Assembly: GCA_013265495.1 (NCBI GenBank) | Contig: MU061579.1 | Location: 3,717,319 to 3,781,318 of the forward strand | Direction: 5' to 3' | Length of the DNA: 64,000 bases | DNA from: Vicugna vicugna | Taxonomy: Eukaryota | Shown here: piece by piece, positions 63,451-64,000 of the stretch | Layout: each line of letters begins with the position of its first letter | Position numbering within the stretch: the first letter of the stretch is position 1 | Made by a program: the position numbers and the translations under genes | The notes under the pieces: model-generated | The model's input: the letters and a program-made list of their open reading frames with translations, nothing else | What the model was told of the DNA's origin: nothing | Database searches by the model: none

Positions 63451-64000
63451 AATGTGATTTATCTATTTCATGTAAAATTCACCACAATAAAAAACATTTC
63501 CTCGCTTTGACTTCTTTCTGCTCTTTGAAATGTGTTTTTGTTACTAGAAATCAAATAAGAGCTTATTTATATGATATATTTTTGATAACGTATGAAGATA
63601 ATATAAGTTAGCAATCAAGAACAAGACTCAGAAATAAGAAAGTAGGAAACTCAATAAATATTTTAGATATTAGGGAAACTAAAGAAATCATAGAAAGGTT
63701 ACTCAAGAAAATAGAAAACAAAACAAAAATGACAAACAGAAAACCCCTCAAAACATAACAGTATCTGCTGGAGAGTGAACTCAAATTAAGTCAAGCACTC
63801 TCACAGGCAGCAGGTCAGAAGAGTTCTGGGTGCTTCAGCTTCTGCCCAAGTCTTCTCAATTCATGACGAGGAGGCACCCCTCCTTCACTTCCCCGCTCAC
63901 AGTGCTCCAAGCTTCCCCATCACTCACAGTCTAGACACTCTCAAGGCTGACTCAGTGATCCTCTGGTTAAATCAGTCACCATGAGAAGCCTTGGATAGGT

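Noticed and set aside
1..64000. Prokaryotic-style system (operon, CRISPR array, defence island)
   Set aside because: No gene-dense region or repeat-spacer array; the content is mammalian interspersed repeat.

Overview
This is AT-rich mammalian nuclear DNA, intronic or intergenic, not a prokaryotic locus. I can support no intact host protein-coding gene, RNA gene or CRISPR array; ORF-track entries are LINE-1/ERV remnants or chance ORFs. Interspersed repeats dominate. They include a near full-length LINE-1 (~4776-10451) whose ORF2 has lost ~1.3 kb just after the RT YADD motif, and a very young 5'-truncated L1 (23710-24964) with a perfect 11-bp TSD and an unbroken ORF2 frame. There are also several short L1 3' ends, L2/L3/MIR relics, MaLR/ERVL/ERV1 solo LTRs, a decayed ERVL pol segment and hAT MITEs. 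Artiodactyl-type L1 3' UTRs plus no recognisable young lineage SINE suggest a camelid (inference). Unique-sequence signals are a CpG-retaining promoter-like block at ~17.4-18.3 kb and several exon-like segments with strong splice sites whose gene I cannot name. I found no convincing new biological system. The best leads are small-scale: co-varying arms of a MER53 hairpin, a GAS motif in a MER41-like LTR, the L1 deletion and a possible unannotated spliced transcript. Repeat family names come from memory of consensus sequences and need RepeatMasker/Dfam confirmation; boundaries of old repeats are approximate.
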